Below are positions 9,087 through 20,089 of a DNA stretch of 47,260 bases, one piece after another. Position numbers and translations under genes: made by a program. This stretch comes from an uncultured bacterium (lineage in GTDB: Bacteria; Patescibacteriota; Minisyncoccia; Phycocordibacterales; PALSA-1337). Numbering within the stretch: position 1 is the first letter of the stretch; every line of letters begins with the position of its first letter. The notes below the pieces were generated by a model, which did not search any database, was not told where the DNA came from, and saw nothing but the letters and a program-made list of their open reading frames with translations. Location of the stretch: contig CAIPHR010000052.1 of NCBI GenBank assembly GCA_903864905.1, positions 1 through 47,260 of the forward strand. Reading direction: 5' to 3'.

Positions 9087-9452
9087 ATGAATAAAAATGA
9101 TATTGAACAATTCAAAAAGAAGCTAGTTATAGAAAAAAGTGAACTTGAACAAGAACTTGCATCAATAGGCCAGAAAGACCCAAACATAAAAGGTGTCTGG
9201 GATGCAACGACCAGTGGGATGGAGGTGGATAATGCAGATGAAAACGAGGTTGCAGACAAGTTGGAAGAGTATGAAAGTAACAATAATATTCTTAGTCAGT
9301 TGGACAATCAATTAAATGACGTCAACTCAGCACTATTCAAAATAGAAAAAGGTACATACGGACTATGTGAAAAATGTAATAAACCTATTGAAAAAGATAG
9401 ACTGGAAGCCAACCCATCTGCCAAAATTTCTATAAAACACGGACACAACTAA
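9087..9452 (+). CDS. DksA/TraR-family zinc-finger-like protein (second Cys pair missing)
   Basis: 121-aa ORF with a coiled-coil N-terminus and C-terminal GLCEKCNKPIEKDRLEANPSA, as in DksA/TraR C4 fingers. The position of the second CxxC reads SIKH. Confidence 0.6.
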   Translation: MNKNDIEQFKKKLVIEKSELEQELASIGQKDPNIKGVWDATTSGMEVDNADENEVADKLEEYESNNNILSQLDNQLNDVNSALFKIEKGTYGLCEKCNKPIEKDRLEANPSAKISIKHGHN

Positions 9453-9548
9453 TACCACTGAACAGAAACCGCGACTTTTATTGCTTCTTTATCAAATTTT
9501 GAACATAAATTTATCTAGAATTTATCGACGATCTGGTATCATCGCTAT

Positions 9549-11078
9549 ATGGGTATATCAAAATCATATAGTGTTCAACTCGTCGGCTTACAAGCTGAGA
9601 CGATATGTGTAGAGGTAGACATATCCAATGGTCTACATGCCTTTTCTATAGTTGGTCTAGGTGATAGGGCAGTTGAAGAAGCAAAAGACCGAGTATCAGC
9701 GGCTATAAAGAATAGCCATTTCGTATCACCAAAACAAAAAAACCAAAAAGTCGTAGTTTCTCTTGCACCAGCTGATATGAGAAAAGAAGGACCATCTTTC
9801 GATCTCGCAATTGCATTAACATATCTTTCAGCGACTGGTGATATAAACTTCGATTATACAAATAAGATATTCCTTGGTGAATTGTCACTAGAAGGGAATA
9901 TTCGCAAAACTAATGGAATACTACCGATATTATGCCAAATATCCAATCTAGGATTCAAAGAAGCCTTCATACCGAAAGGAAATGAAACTGAGGCTTCTAT
10001 GGCTAGAAATATAATAATATATGCAGTTAGTACATTGACAGAGGTAGTCGATCATCTGTCTGGAACATCTATGTTGAGCCCGATAATAGCGTACGATATG
10101 GATAATATCTCTATACAAAAAAACAACTTTGTAGATATGAAAGTCATACGCGGACATGACATGGTCAAGAGAGGATTGGAAATCGCGGCTGCGGGTGCAC
10201 ATAACCTCATGATGTCAGGACCACCAGGAACAGGTAAAACTATGCTCGCTCAAAGTTTTACATCTATCCTACCTGCTTTAACCTATGAACAATCAGTTGA
10301 AGTAACAGGTATTCATTCAGCAGCAAGGACATTGAATGAAAACCTGATAGTTTACCCACCTTTCAGAGCACCACACCATACTGCATCATATCCAGCGATC
10401 GTTGGTGGTGGAAACTTTCCAAAACCTGGAGAGATAACTCTCGCCCATCGTGGCGTACTATTCATGGATGAATTTCCAGAATTTGATAGATCTGTCATAG
10501 AAGCTTTGCGGCAGCCACTAGAAGATAGAACTATCACAATATCTAGAGCTCGCGGTGCTGTCACTTTCCCAGCACAATGTATATTTCTAGCTTCAATGAA
10601 CCCTTGTCCATGCGGAAGGGGTGGAGAAAGGGGATGTCTATGTCCACAACATGTATTAGAGGCATATAGGAGAAAAATATCTGGACCTATTACAGATAGG
10701 CTAGATATTTGGCTCAATGTACACAAGATTGATTATGAAAAGATGACAGAAAAAATATCCTCTGGGGAAGATTCCTCTACAATCCGCAACAGGGTTATAA
10801 AAGCACGCACTATACAGTCTGATAGATACAAGAAATTCAATATAAACAAATCATACAATGGTGAAATGAACGCTAGTGATATAGAAAAATTGATCAATCT
10901 TGATGATGTTGCAAAGAAAACGATTCGATCATCAGCAGAGAAGATGGAGCTATCAGGACGATCGTTCCATAGGATTCTCAAGGTTGCACAAACTATCAGT
11001 GATCTAGGTAATAGAGACATTATAACCGAACCAGATATATTGGAAGCTCTGCAATACCGTAGAAAAATGACTGATTAG
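9549..11078 (+). CDS. comM: YifB/ComM-family Mg-chelatase-like AAA+ ATPase
   Basis: 509-aa ORF with a Lon-protease-like N-domain, Walker A GPPGTGKT, Walker B VLFMDEFPEF and Cys cluster CPCGRGGERGCLCP. Confidence 0.9.
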   Translation: MGISKSYSVQLVGLQAETICVEVDISNGLHAFSIVGLGDRAVEEAKDRVSAAIKNSHFVSPKQKNQKVVVSLAPADMRKEGPSFDLAIALTYLSATGDINFDYTNKIFLGELSLEGNIRKTNGILPILCQISNLGFKEAFIPKGNETEASMARNIIIYAVSTLTEVVDHLSGTSMLSPIIAYDMDNISIQKNNFVDMKVIRGHDMVKRGLEIAAAGAHNLMMSGPPGTGKTMLAQSFTSILPALTYEQSVEVTGIHSAARTLNENLIVYPPFRAPHHTASYPAIVGGGNFPKPGEITLAHRGVLFMDEFPEFDRSVIEALRQPLEDRTITISRARGAVTFPAQCIFLASMNPCPCGRGGERGCLCPQHVLEAYRRKISGPITDRLDIWLNVHKIDYEKMTEKISSGEDSSTIRNRVIKARTIQSDRYKKFNINKSYNGEMNASDIEKLINLDDVAKKTIRSSAEKMELSGRSFHRILKVAQTISDLGNRDIITEPDILEALQYRRKMTD

Positions 11079-12217
11079 AAAGGATTTTGTGCACCTCTTA
11101 TCTCAAAGTGTATATGTGGACCATATGTCCAACCAGTCATACCAATATTGCCTATCTTTTGGCCCTGTTGTACTTTTTCACCGACCGAAACCGTTGGCTT
11201 GGTCATATGCGCATATAGAGTCTGGGTTCCATTACCATGAGAAATAACAACATAATTTCCATAACCACCATTCCAAAAACCATTTGTCTTGGCTATTATC
11301 ACGGTACCTCCTGCTGAAGCAAGTATAGATGTACCAACAGGAGCAGCAAGGTCGATAGCATTGTGACCATGCAAACATTGACTCCTATAGCCACCAGAAA
11401 CAGGTCTGGAATAATACTTTGTATATGCTGGTAATTTCTTTCCTGCATCGATAAGTGGCTCAATCCTTGAATCCCTAGTTCCACATTTAGCAACAATATT
11501 GATAGATATATTGGCTGGACTTGAGTTATCTCCTGAAACTTCAGCGTCTGGAACAATGATAGTCTGGCCGACGACTATAGCAGTAGACACTGTCATATCA
11601 TTATAACTCAATATATCATTGGTAAATTGATCCAAATCTTCTGAATTTGCACCAAAATGTTTAGCTATACCTTTGATCGTATCACCTTTCTTTACCGTAT
11701 AGGAAATACCTGAAATAGGGAGTATAACTAGCGTCTGACCAATCTTCAATGTTGATTTCCCTGTAAGATCATTGGCCCAAAGTATTGTATTCACTGAAAC
11801 TTTGAACATTTTAGCTACTCCAGATATCGTATCTCCCTGTCGTACAATATAGGTACTAATCTGCATATTGGAAGTATCTACACTATCAGCATTACTACTA
11901 GCTAGATCTGAATTCAAAGTATTGTTATTATCTACAGGAACAATATCTGATCTCTTCTCTGGGTTTGGATCAATATTAACTGCATAATATTGAAGGATAG
12001 GAAATGTTTGTGAATTTGTAGACGGGATCTTTCTATCAACTTTAGCCGATACTGATTCAGTATAAAACATAGAAGACAACGTCGAAACTATACCAGCTTG
12101 TGCCGTATCATGAAAAATAATTGCAGAAATAAATATAAAAACAAAAACCACTAGGGTGGTAAATATAATGTTATAAAAATAACTAGATTTTATTTTATTT
12201 TTTTGTTCTAATTTCAT
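11075..12217 (-). CDS. LysM-repeat M23 metallopeptidase (cell-wall hydrolase), membrane anchored
   Basis: 380-aa ORF with an N-terminal TM, two LysM-like repeats (YIVRQGDTISGVAKMF, YTVKKGDTIKGIAKHF) and M23 motifs HNAIDLAAPVGT and GPHIHFEIR. Confidence 0.9.
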   Translation of the reverse strand: MKLEQKNKIKSSYFYNIIFTTLVVFVFIFISAIIFHDTAQAGIVSTLSSMFYTESVSAKVDRKIPSTNSQTFPILQYYAVNIDPNPEKRSDIVPVDNNNTLNSDLASSNADSVDTSNMQISTYIVRQGDTISGVAKMFKVSVNTILWANDLTGKSTLKIGQTLVILPISGISYTVKKGDTIKGIAKHFGANSEDLDQFTNDILSYNDMTVSTAIVVGQTIIVPDAEVSGDNSSPANISINIVAKCGTRDSRIEPLIDAGKKLPAYTKYYSRPVSGGYRSQCLHGHNAIDLAAPVGTSILASAGGTVIIAKTNGFWNGGYGNYVVISHGNGTQTLYAHMTKPTVSVGEKVQQGQKIGNIGMTGWTYGPHIHFEIRGAQNPF

Positions 12218-12520
12218 AATACCTTTTACATTTTTGCAAGTCTTCCATACTAGATTATATCTGACCCTATAAAACAGTATATTGCAACAAATGGCTTCAT
12301 TGAGCCACCTCTCACAATCTAACTAAGTTATTACCCCTATAGGTTATCAGCAAGCAAAATAATGTCAACGTCATCTGTGTATAACTATTTTACTTGTATA
12401 TATGTCAATATGTGTTGTATTATTTCGATCGACTAATATTAGATTCTCCTATAACATGAGATGCCCAAAAGATTGTCCTCAAAAAATATTCGTATTTGTA
12501 ATATATGCTAAACTAGCACG

Positions 12521-14455
12521 ATGAATACACTGAACGAAGCACAACAAAAAGCTGTAGAAACTATCGATGGACCTGTACTCATCGTTGCTGGTGCAGGTTC
12601 TGGTAAGACCAGAGTCATAACACAGCGAATACTTCATCTCATAAAAACTGGTGTTGCACCTACCAATATACTAGCTATCACATTTACGAACAAAGCAGCG
12701 AAAGAAATGCGTGAAAGGGTACGCTCATTACTTTCTAGTGATAAGAGTCTCAATCTGCCTGTTTCCATGAATGAAAGGCCGTTTATCAGTACTTTCCATG
12801 CATTGGGAGTACATATTATCAAGGAAAACGCTAGATTATTGTCGTTAACTAGACATTTTACTATATTTGACCGTGGTGACTCTCGTAGAGCTATAAAAGA
12901 TGCAATGTTACAATGTAGTGTTGATCCAAAGAAATTTGATCCTGGTGTGATATTGAACATGATTTCACGATCAAAAGGAGATGGTATCAATCGTCTAGCA
13001 TATTTTGACCATGCAAATGGATATACTGAGGAAATCACAGCACAAATATGGGAGAAATACGAGATAATCCTCGCGAAAGAAAAAGCCTTGGATTTCGATG
13101 ACCTATTGTTGAAAACTGCAGAACTATTGGAAAAATATCCACCAGTACTAGAGCATTATTCAGAAGTATGGAAATACATGCACGTTGATGAGTATCAAGA
13201 TACAAATAAAATACAATACAGAATAGTCAAACTCCTAGCAGAAAAAAATAAGAATCTATGCGTAGTCGGTGATGCTGATCAGAATATTTACAGCTGGAGA
13301 GGTGCAACTATAGAAAATATCTTAAATTTTGAAAAAGATTTTCCGAATGCAACAGTTATTACGCTAGAAAAGAATTACAGATCAACAAAAAATATTTTGG
13401 CGGCAGCAAATAATGTAATAGAAAAGAATACACTGAGAAAAAAGAAAACACTTTTTACAGACAATGATAAAGGAGAAAAAATATCTCTTACAGCTTCATA
13501 TACAGAGAATGATGAAGCGCGAAGTATTGCTGATACAAGTCGAAGTCTCATATCTTCTGGCATAAGTCCGAGAGAGATCGCTGTTTTGTACAGAACAAAT
13601 TTTCAATCTAGAGTTCTAGAGGAATCATTCATAAAGAAAAATATTCCTTATCAATTGGTTGGTGTACGATTCTTTGAAAGAAAAGAAATAAAAGATATTC
13701 TCTCATATATTCGTGCTGCTCTGAATAGGGAATCATGGTCAGATATCGGCAGGATCATCAATGTGCCAACGAGAGGGATTGGCAAAGCAACAATAGCAAA
13801 AATTATGGCTGGACAAAGCAGTGAACTTCCTCAAAATATGAAGCAAAAGCTAGCTAATTTCTGGAAATTGCTAGATGATATAAAGAAAGAAATTGCAGAA
13901 AATAAACCATCAGAAACAGTAAAATTTGTCATACGAGAGACTGGCATAGAAAAAAGTATGGATGATGGTGATACAGAAAACGAAGAGAGAGTTCTAAACA
14001 TGCACGAATTGGTAACAGTCGCTCTACAATATGACACAATGGGTAGTGAAGATGGTATAGAGTCTCTTCTTTCCAATGCTGCATTGGCAACTGATCAGGA
14101 TGATCTACAGAAAAATGAAGACGCAGTAAAACTCATGACTGTTCATGCTGCAAAAGGACTAGAGTTTGATCATGTATTCATAACGGGCATGGAGCAAGAT
14201 CTGTTTCCTTTCAAACATATGGACGCATCCCCTGTGAGTAAATCAGAGGAAGAGGAAGAGAGAAGATTGTTTTACGTTGCTCTAACCAGAGCTAGAAAAA
14301 AAGTATATCTGAGTCATACAATTCTGAGAACTGTATTCGGTAGCCAGAGGATCAACAACCCATCTGAATTTATAGATGATATAGAAAAAGATCTGATCGA
14401 TGACCGAGCGCAAGAGAAACCTAGTGGAGCAAAAGCAATATTCATTGATTTCTAA
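12521..14455 (+). CDS. uvrD: UvrD/PcrA-family SF1 DNA helicase
   Basis: 644-aa ORF with motifs AGAGSGKT, TFHALG, VDEYQDTN, NYRST, VHAAKGLEF, LFYVALTRAR. Confidence 0.9.
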   Translation: MNTLNEAQQKAVETIDGPVLIVAGAGSGKTRVITQRILHLIKTGVAPTNILAITFTNKAAKEMRERVRSLLSSDKSLNLPVSMNERPFISTFHALGVHIIKENARLLSLTRHFTIFDRGDSRRAIKDAMLQCSVDPKKFDPGVILNMISRSKGDGINRLAYFDHANGYTEEITAQIWEKYEIILAKEKALDFDDLLLKTAELLEKYPPVLEHYSEVWKYMHVDEYQDTNKIQYRIVKLLAEKNKNLCVVGDADQNIYSWRGATIENILNFEKDFPNATVITLEKNYRSTKNILAAANNVIEKNTLRKKKTLFTDNDKGEKISLTASYTENDEARSIADTSRSLISSGISPREIAVLYRTNFQSRVLEESFIKKNIPYQLVGVRFFERKEIKDILSYIRAALNRESWSDIGRIINVPTRGIGKATIAKIMAGQSSELPQNMKQKLANFWKLLDDIKKEIAENKPSETVKFVIRETGIEKSMDDGDTENEERVLNMHELVTVALQYDTMGSEDGIESLLSNAALATDQDDLQKNEDAVKLMTVHAAKGLEFDHVFITGMEQDLFPFKHMDASPVSKSEEEEERRLFYVALTRARKKVYLSHTILRTVFGSQRINNPSEFIDDIEKDLIDDRAQEKPSGAKAIFIDF

Positions 14456-14507
14456 TCTAGTATTTTTATTGATTGTACACAAATCGTATTACATGTAATA
14501 TCTCATT

Positions 14508-15401
14508 ATGGATCTACCAGCAAAAAAATCACTTGGCCAACATTTTTTGACATCCAGACATGTACTAGAACAGATAATATCTGCATCAAAGATACAAAAA
14601 GGTGAGTATATATTGGAAATAGGACCAGGAACTGGAATATTGACCAGAAGCCTACTCGAAGCAGGTGCGAATGTTCTAGCTATTGAAAAGGATAATCGCG
14701 CTATCGATCTACTACGTGAAAAATTCAGTAATGAATGTCAAAATGGGCAATTGAGTGTAATAGAGGGGGATATTTTGGATAAAACATTCAATTTTATTGA
14801 TCTTTTTTCAGATTTTAAACGAAATAATCCATACTCAGAGCCAAAATATGGCAATAATTCAGTAAAACGTGCCAATTATTCTATAGTTTCAAATATCCCT
14901 TATTACATAACAGGTGCAATACTAGAAAAATTCCTAGAACATGAACCTAGACCAAATCGTATGATTTTACTAGTTCAAAAGGAGGTTGCAGATAGAATCG
15001 TATCAAGATCATCTACCGACATAGAAAAGGGCAACAGAAAGGAAAGTATACTGTCTATATCAGTAAAAGCCTTTGGTGAGCCATATTTTATCGCAAAAGT
15101 ACCGAGAGGCGCATTCTCGCCACCACCAAATGTTGATTCGGCTATTCTGACTATAGAAAATATCTCTGATCATCATTTTAAGGAAAATAATGTTGACATA
15201 AATGACTTTTTTTCCATTCTCAAGGCTGGTTTTGCTCATAAAAGAAAATTTGCATTGAACAATATTACAGAACGAATTCCAGATATTGAAAAAATAGAAA
15301 ATATCAGGAAAACATGGTCCGACCTAAAACTAGACAATAAAATAAGAGCGGAAAAAATATCACTTTCTGACTGGTTTCTCATAGCAAGTAAAATCTCATA
15401 A
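14508..15401 (+). CDS. rsmA: 16S rRNA dimethyladenosine transferase (KsgA)
   Basis: 297-aa ORF with KSLGQHFL, EIGPGTGILT, SNIPYYIT, FSPPPNVDS. Confidence 0.9.
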   Translation: MDLPAKKSLGQHFLTSRHVLEQIISASKIQKGEYILEIGPGTGILTRSLLEAGANVLAIEKDNRAIDLLREKFSNECQNGQLSVIEGDILDKTFNFIDLFSDFKRNNPYSEPKYGNNSVKRANYSIVSNIPYYITGAILEKFLEHEPRPNRMILLVQKEVADRIVSRSSTDIEKGNRKESILSISVKAFGEPYFIAKVPRGAFSPPPNVDSAILTIENISDHHFKENNVDINDFFSILKAGFAHKRKFALNNITERIPDIEKIENIRKTWSDLKLDNKIRAEKISLSDWFLIASKIS

Positions 15402-15476
15402 CTTATTGCTGTCATACATAATACGTTATCCCCAAAAAGATGAGGAATAAACAATGTTTCTTGCTATAATTGTTGC

Positions 15477-16364
15477 ATGGTAATTGCCCGCCCTCGTTCA
15501 CAAACGTTGATCATATCTGTCGTATGCGTTATTGCTATTGCAATAGTATTATTGATGACAAAAAATGGCATAGCATCTCCTCAAAACTCAGACCAAAATA
15601 TTGTTAATTCCAGAGTAGATATAGGAGCTGCTACAAATACAAACCCTATATCAAACAATGACGATTGGAAAAAATCCTTCATAACAGATACGGTGACTAC
15701 TGGTAGATCTCAAGCTTCATCAACTTCTGTATTAGATGCCCCAGAAGAAACTATGACTGGGATTTTTGGTAAGAATACATTGATCAGTTATATGGCCCTC
15801 AAACAAACAGGCATGAATGCTGATCCAGACTCAATAGATGCGGCTGGACAAACTGTTATATCATCTGCTATCAATTCCAAAACTCCTACATTTTATGTTA
15901 TTGATGATCTAAATATAACGACGAGATCTGGAGTAGATGCACTAGCTGTTTTCAATGTAGAAATTGCAAATACTTTTTCTTTATACACTGCGAAACAAAA
16001 TGAAACCACGATCGCTAGTCAATCTGTAGAAAAGAAAGATCCTGAATTACTAAAGAAAATATCCCCAATAATAACAAACTACCAGCAGATTATCGACAAT
16101 TTAAGGAAGATGCAAACTCCATCAGTGCTGTCTATGGATATGTTAAAACTTATCAACGGTTTCAGTGTCATGAAATTCAATGCGGAATCATTACAAATGA
16201 TCCACAGTGATCCTCTACGTGGCTTACTCGGTATCAATAATTATCAAGACGGGATAAGACAGATCATGGATGCGATCATCAGCCTGCGAGCAAATATAGA
16301 ATCGAGAGGAGGAAAACTGATATTTGATGGAAATTTTATCAATGTAATGTTGAGTATTTCTTGA
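15477..16364 (+). CDS. Hypothetical N-terminally anchored protein; first gene of the T4SS-like cluster
   Basis: 295-aa ORF with TM LIISVVCVIAIAIVLLM. TGcTATAAT at 15462-15470, 6 nt before the ATG. Ends in TGA. Confidence 0.6.
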   Translation: MVIARPRSQTLIISVVCVIAIAIVLLMTKNGIASPQNSDQNIVNSRVDIGAATNTNPISNNDDWKKSFITDTVTTGRSQASSTSVLDAPEETMTGIFGKNTLISYMALKQTGMNADPDSIDAAGQTVISSAINSKTPTFYVIDDLNITTRSGVDALAVFNVEIANTFSLYTAKQNETTIASQSVEKKDPELLKKISPIITNYQQIIDNLRKMQTPSVLSMDMLKLINGFSVMKFNAESLQMIHSDPLRGLLGINNYQDGIRQIMDAIISLRANIESRGGKLIFDGNFINVMLSIS

Positions 16365-16382
16365 ATAAATATTTCATAAAAA

Positions 16383-18074
16383 ATGAAAAGATATATTTCA
16401 CATAAACTTGCCCTTCTAGCTATGACTATAGCAACTATATCAATTATATTTTTTCCATTTGGAGCAAGAGCACAAAGCCTTAGCGGCATCGCTGGTGGTG
16501 TTGGTGGCTCTATAGTATCTTGTACATTAACGGGTCTATTGGGAAGCATCAATATCGGTAGTTTACTTGGTGGGGCACCAAGTATACCAGCAGTAGGTGG
16601 TGTTGGTGGTAGTAGTGAAGTTCCTGTAAAAGATCAGAGGGTTAGAGATAATACTGATTCCATAAAAGCGAGCCAGACTTTCCAAAAACAAAAAGAGTGT
16701 TCACTAGACGGACTAGCTTGGGCAGTTGGTGCGCAACTACTACGAGCAATGTCAGATGAGATCATCAACTGGATCAATGGAGGATTCAATGGTTCACCTG
16801 CTTTCATGCAAGACCCAGAAGCATTCTTTTTGGACCAAGCCGATCAATTGACCGGTGCCTTCATAAGCGCTAACGGCCCACTAAAGGGACTTTGCGGATC
16901 CTTCGGTTTGGATATAAAACTTTCTTTGGCAACAAGACAAGTCAGTCGTATTCAAGATAGATACAAATGTACACTGAGTTCTATTGTAAGGAATGCTAGC
17001 AATGCACATCTAAATGTTTCTGTTGGAACAAGTCCAAATGGCGCAACCTTGGGATCTCTTACCGATGGAAGTGTACTTGGCAACTCCAATCAATTGAGTG
17101 TGAATGGAAACAGTGTGAATGGTATACAAAGTACTTTTGAAAAAGGTGGTGGTTGGGCTGGTTTCCTAGCACTAACTACCGAACCACAGAATAGTCCTGT
17201 AGGAGCATATCTCATGAGCAGGGCTGACCTAGATGCACAGATAGCCAATAGAAAAAAGAATACAAACACTGAACTAGATCGTGGTAATGGATTCTTCTCT
17301 TGGAAAAAATGTACACCGAGTGCTACTACACCAGGAGCACAAAAATGCGAAATACAAACTCCTGGTTCTGTCATAGAGAGTTCTCTCAACAAAACACTTG
17401 GAGCTTCTGTTGATAGGTTGAATGCTGCTCATGAATTGAATGAGATCATCGATGCTTTCTTCAGTAAACTACTCACAACAACATTGAAAAATGGACTTGG
17501 TACCATCAGTCTCAAAGCTTCTGGACAAACACAGTCTATGTTGAGTCAACTATCAGCAAATAGTGCATCTGCAACTAGTGCTTCTAGTGCTGCTACACTA
17601 CAACAGATGTCATCAAACACTAGTACATACATACAACCGATGACTGATTTCAAATACTTTAGAGATCAAACATTGTCTTCACTTCAGGCTGAACAGTTCT
17701 ATTCAAATTCAGTGCTCGCTGCTTGTCAGAACCAAGGTAGTCGCAATCAAGATGTTATCGATAGTCTAACTACTTATATAGAAGAAACTATAACCCCAAT
17801 GGTTAATCTTGCCCAAGTCAATGCGACTGATGCCGAAACTCGCTTGACCGCTATACAGAACCTACAGACAGCAGTCCAGTCAGGTGATACTCAAGGCGCT
17901 AGTACTATCTATGCACAGATAATAGGGAACAACTACCTAGTATCTGTTAGTGATCTGCAGACAGCACACGAAAATGTTGGTATCGCTACAACTACAGCAA
18001 ATACTTGGCGTATTCAGGAAAATAGGTATGGTTTGCAATGCGGTCTCTCGAATGCAAGTTCGACACAGATGTAG
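16383..18074 (+). CDS. Hypothetical secreted protein (Gly-rich N-region, large Ser/Thr/Gln-rich body)
   Basis: 563-aa ORF with a signal-like N-terminus ending FGARAQS, then GGVGGS-type glycine tracts. No motif I can name. Confidence 0.6.
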   Translation: MKRYISHKLALLAMTIATISIIFFPFGARAQSLSGIAGGVGGSIVSCTLTGLLGSINIGSLLGGAPSIPAVGGVGGSSEVPVKDQRVRDNTDSIKASQTFQKQKECSLDGLAWAVGAQLLRAMSDEIINWINGGFNGSPAFMQDPEAFFLDQADQLTGAFISANGPLKGLCGSFGLDIKLSLATRQVSRIQDRYKCTLSSIVRNASNAHLNVSVGTSPNGATLGSLTDGSVLGNSNQLSVNGNSVNGIQSTFEKGGGWAGFLALTTEPQNSPVGAYLMSRADLDAQIANRKKNTNTELDRGNGFFSWKKCTPSATTPGAQKCEIQTPGSVIESSLNKTLGASVDRLNAAHELNEIIDAFFSKLLTTTLKNGLGTISLKASGQTQSMLSQLSANSASATSASSAATLQQMSSNTSTYIQPMTDFKYFRDQTLSSLQAEQFYSNSVLAACQNQGSRNQDVIDSLTTYIEETITPMVNLAQVNATDAETRLTAIQNLQTAVQSGDTQGASTIYAQIIGNNYLVSVSDLQTAHENVGIATTTANTWRIQENRYGLQCGLSNASSTQM

Positions 18075-18094
18075 ATCCACAACATCAATAATAT

Positions 18095-20086
18095 ATGAAA
18101 AGACTAAGACCTTATATATTCATAGCCATCATCACGATAGTTGTATTCGGTGTTTTCGCAAATGTTGTACAGGCGCAAACAACGTCAGGAGCGCAAGGTT
18201 CGGCAGCCGTTAATACTCCACTGGGGGGGACGGTTACTGGTGCGGCAGTTGGAAATTCAAATGCAGCTGCAACAAGTTCATGGATGACTGACCTTGGAAA
18301 TGCAATAAGTGATGTTTTTCTAGGTGGTATAGTAAGATATGTAACTGGAGCAATGGCTATCGTAGCTTGGGTCATACTGTCTGTATGTGGTTGGTTACTA
18401 TCAGCATCTGGAGTATTGCTCAATGTATCGATGTATCTGACGACGCATCTCGCATCATTCATCAATAATACCCCTGTTATATATACTGTATGGGGCATCA
18501 TTAGAGACCTGTCGAGCACACTACTCATATTCTTTATCCTATACGCAGCTATACAGATGATACTAGGTTTACAAGATGCAAAATACGGCGAATTGATAAA
18601 AAATATCATTATCGTAGGAGTACTGATAAACTTTAGTTTCTTCTTTACTAGAACGCTCATCGATCTATCGAATATAGTTTCCTTGGAATTCTATAGCGCC
18701 ATGGCTCCAACGAATACAGCTGCTGAAACATCAACCAAGACTGCAGATACGGATGGACTTGTAAAGTCAATGCTGACATCTGGTGGCATATCAAATATCA
18801 TTATGGGTGCTATCAGTATAGATAATTTCTGGAAAAATAGTGCAACAAGCGGGAAGGCACTATTTATCTATAACGACAATCAAGCAAATATAAATATAGT
18901 TATATTGGAAGTTGGTGCTATAGTGGTTGTAGTTTTCACGATCATTGATTTCCTGGTTATCTCTCTCATATGTATAGCTAGGGTAGCAATACTACTTTTC
19001 CTTCTTGGTTTCTCTCCTATATGGATAGCAGCAAAAGCTATCCCTCAGCTCGAGGAAATTTCAGGACAATGGATGAAACAATTCAAAGCTCAACTACTAT
19101 TCCTACCTGCATATCTAGCATTCCTATACGTTGCTCTGAAAATCGTCACTGCAAGCAACCTATCAAATGTGATAGCAGCTCAAGGTATGGGAACAACTCC
19201 AGATGTTCTATGGGGAAATATGATCAATCTAGTAGTAGGATTCAGTATCATTATTTTCTTATTAAATATCCCTATAATTGCAGCAGCAAAAGTAGCTGGC
19301 GTATCTGGCGGTTTCATATCAAAGGCTTATAGCAGTATGACAAAGAAGGTAGGAAGCTGGACAAAGTCTGGAGCAAGTGGTGCTGGAGCATGGGCTGGTA
19401 GAAATACCGTAGGCGCAGCAGCATCCAGGTTAAACCAGAGCAGCGCAATGAGAAACTTCTACGCAAACAATCCTAATGCTGGTTTATTGGTTTCAAAAAG
19501 ACTTTCCAGTATAGGTTCTGCTGGTTTTGGTGGTAAGAAGGGTGGATACGAAGGTGCACTCAAATCAAAGGTCAAGGATATTGAGGCGCTAAATAAACAT
19601 ATTGGTACAGTTGATGAAAGTTTATACTCAAATCAAGAGGATATAGACAATGCAAAAGATAATGCAAAACTAGCACAAGCTAGATTTGCAACTAAACTAC
19701 CAAATCGGTCTATATTAAATATATTCAAAGATAGGGCTAATAAACAGGCTCAAGTCAAAATAAATAAAGCGAAGAAGAAAGAAGATGCAATAAAAAACCT
19801 AAAAACATACAAAGATAGAAATAAAACAATTGATAATGAAATTGATGCACTTGAAGCAAAAATTAAATCTGATGATACTGCAGTAGGGTTTGCTCGACCA
19901 AAGGGTGCTGACCATAAAGACATAGCACGGCTAGAAGCACTAAAAAATGAAAAAGTTGAATTGGAAAAGTCAATAAATGATGCACAAAAAGACAAGGACG
20001 AGGCTGGCCTTGAAACACTTGTCAAATTGCTCGATAAAAAAGGAGAAAGTGGTGAAGAAAAGCCAAAAGATAAACCAAAACCATAG
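18095..20086 (+). CDS. Polytopic membrane protein, VirB6/TrbL-like by topology, with Lys-rich coiled-coil tail
   Basis: 663-aa ORF with a signal-like N-terminus, multiple hydrophobic spans over residues ~70-400, and a KKKEDAIKNLKTYKDRNK...EKPKDKPKP tail. Sits in a cluster with VirB4. Confidence 0.5.
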   Translation: MKRLRPYIFIAIITIVVFGVFANVVQAQTTSGAQGSAAVNTPLGGTVTGAAVGNSNAAATSSWMTDLGNAISDVFLGGIVRYVTGAMAIVAWVILSVCGWLLSASGVLLNVSMYLTTHLASFINNTPVIYTVWGIIRDLSSTLLIFFILYAAIQMILGLQDAKYGELIKNIIIVGVLINFSFFFTRTLIDLSNIVSLEFYSAMAPTNTAAETSTKTADTDGLVKSMLTSGGISNIIMGAISIDNFWKNSATSGKALFIYNDNQANINIVILEVGAIVVVVFTIIDFLVISLICIARVAILLFLLGFSPIWIAAKAIPQLEEISGQWMKQFKAQLLFLPAYLAFLYVALKIVTASNLSNVIAAQGMGTTPDVLWGNMINLVVGFSIIIFLLNIPIIAAAKVAGVSGGFISKAYSSMTKKVGSWTKSGASGAGAWAGRNTVGAAASRLNQSSAMRNFYANNPNAGLLVSKRLSSIGSAGFGGKKGGYEGALKSKVKDIEALNKHIGTVDESLYSNQEDIDNAKDNAKLAQARFATKLPNRSILNIFKDRANKQAQVKINKAKKKEDAIKNLKTYKDRNKTIDNEIDALEAKIKSDDTAVGFARPKGADHKDIARLEALKNEKVELEKSINDAQKDKDEAGLETLVKLLDKKGESGEEKPKDKPKP

Positions 20087-20089
20087 AAC

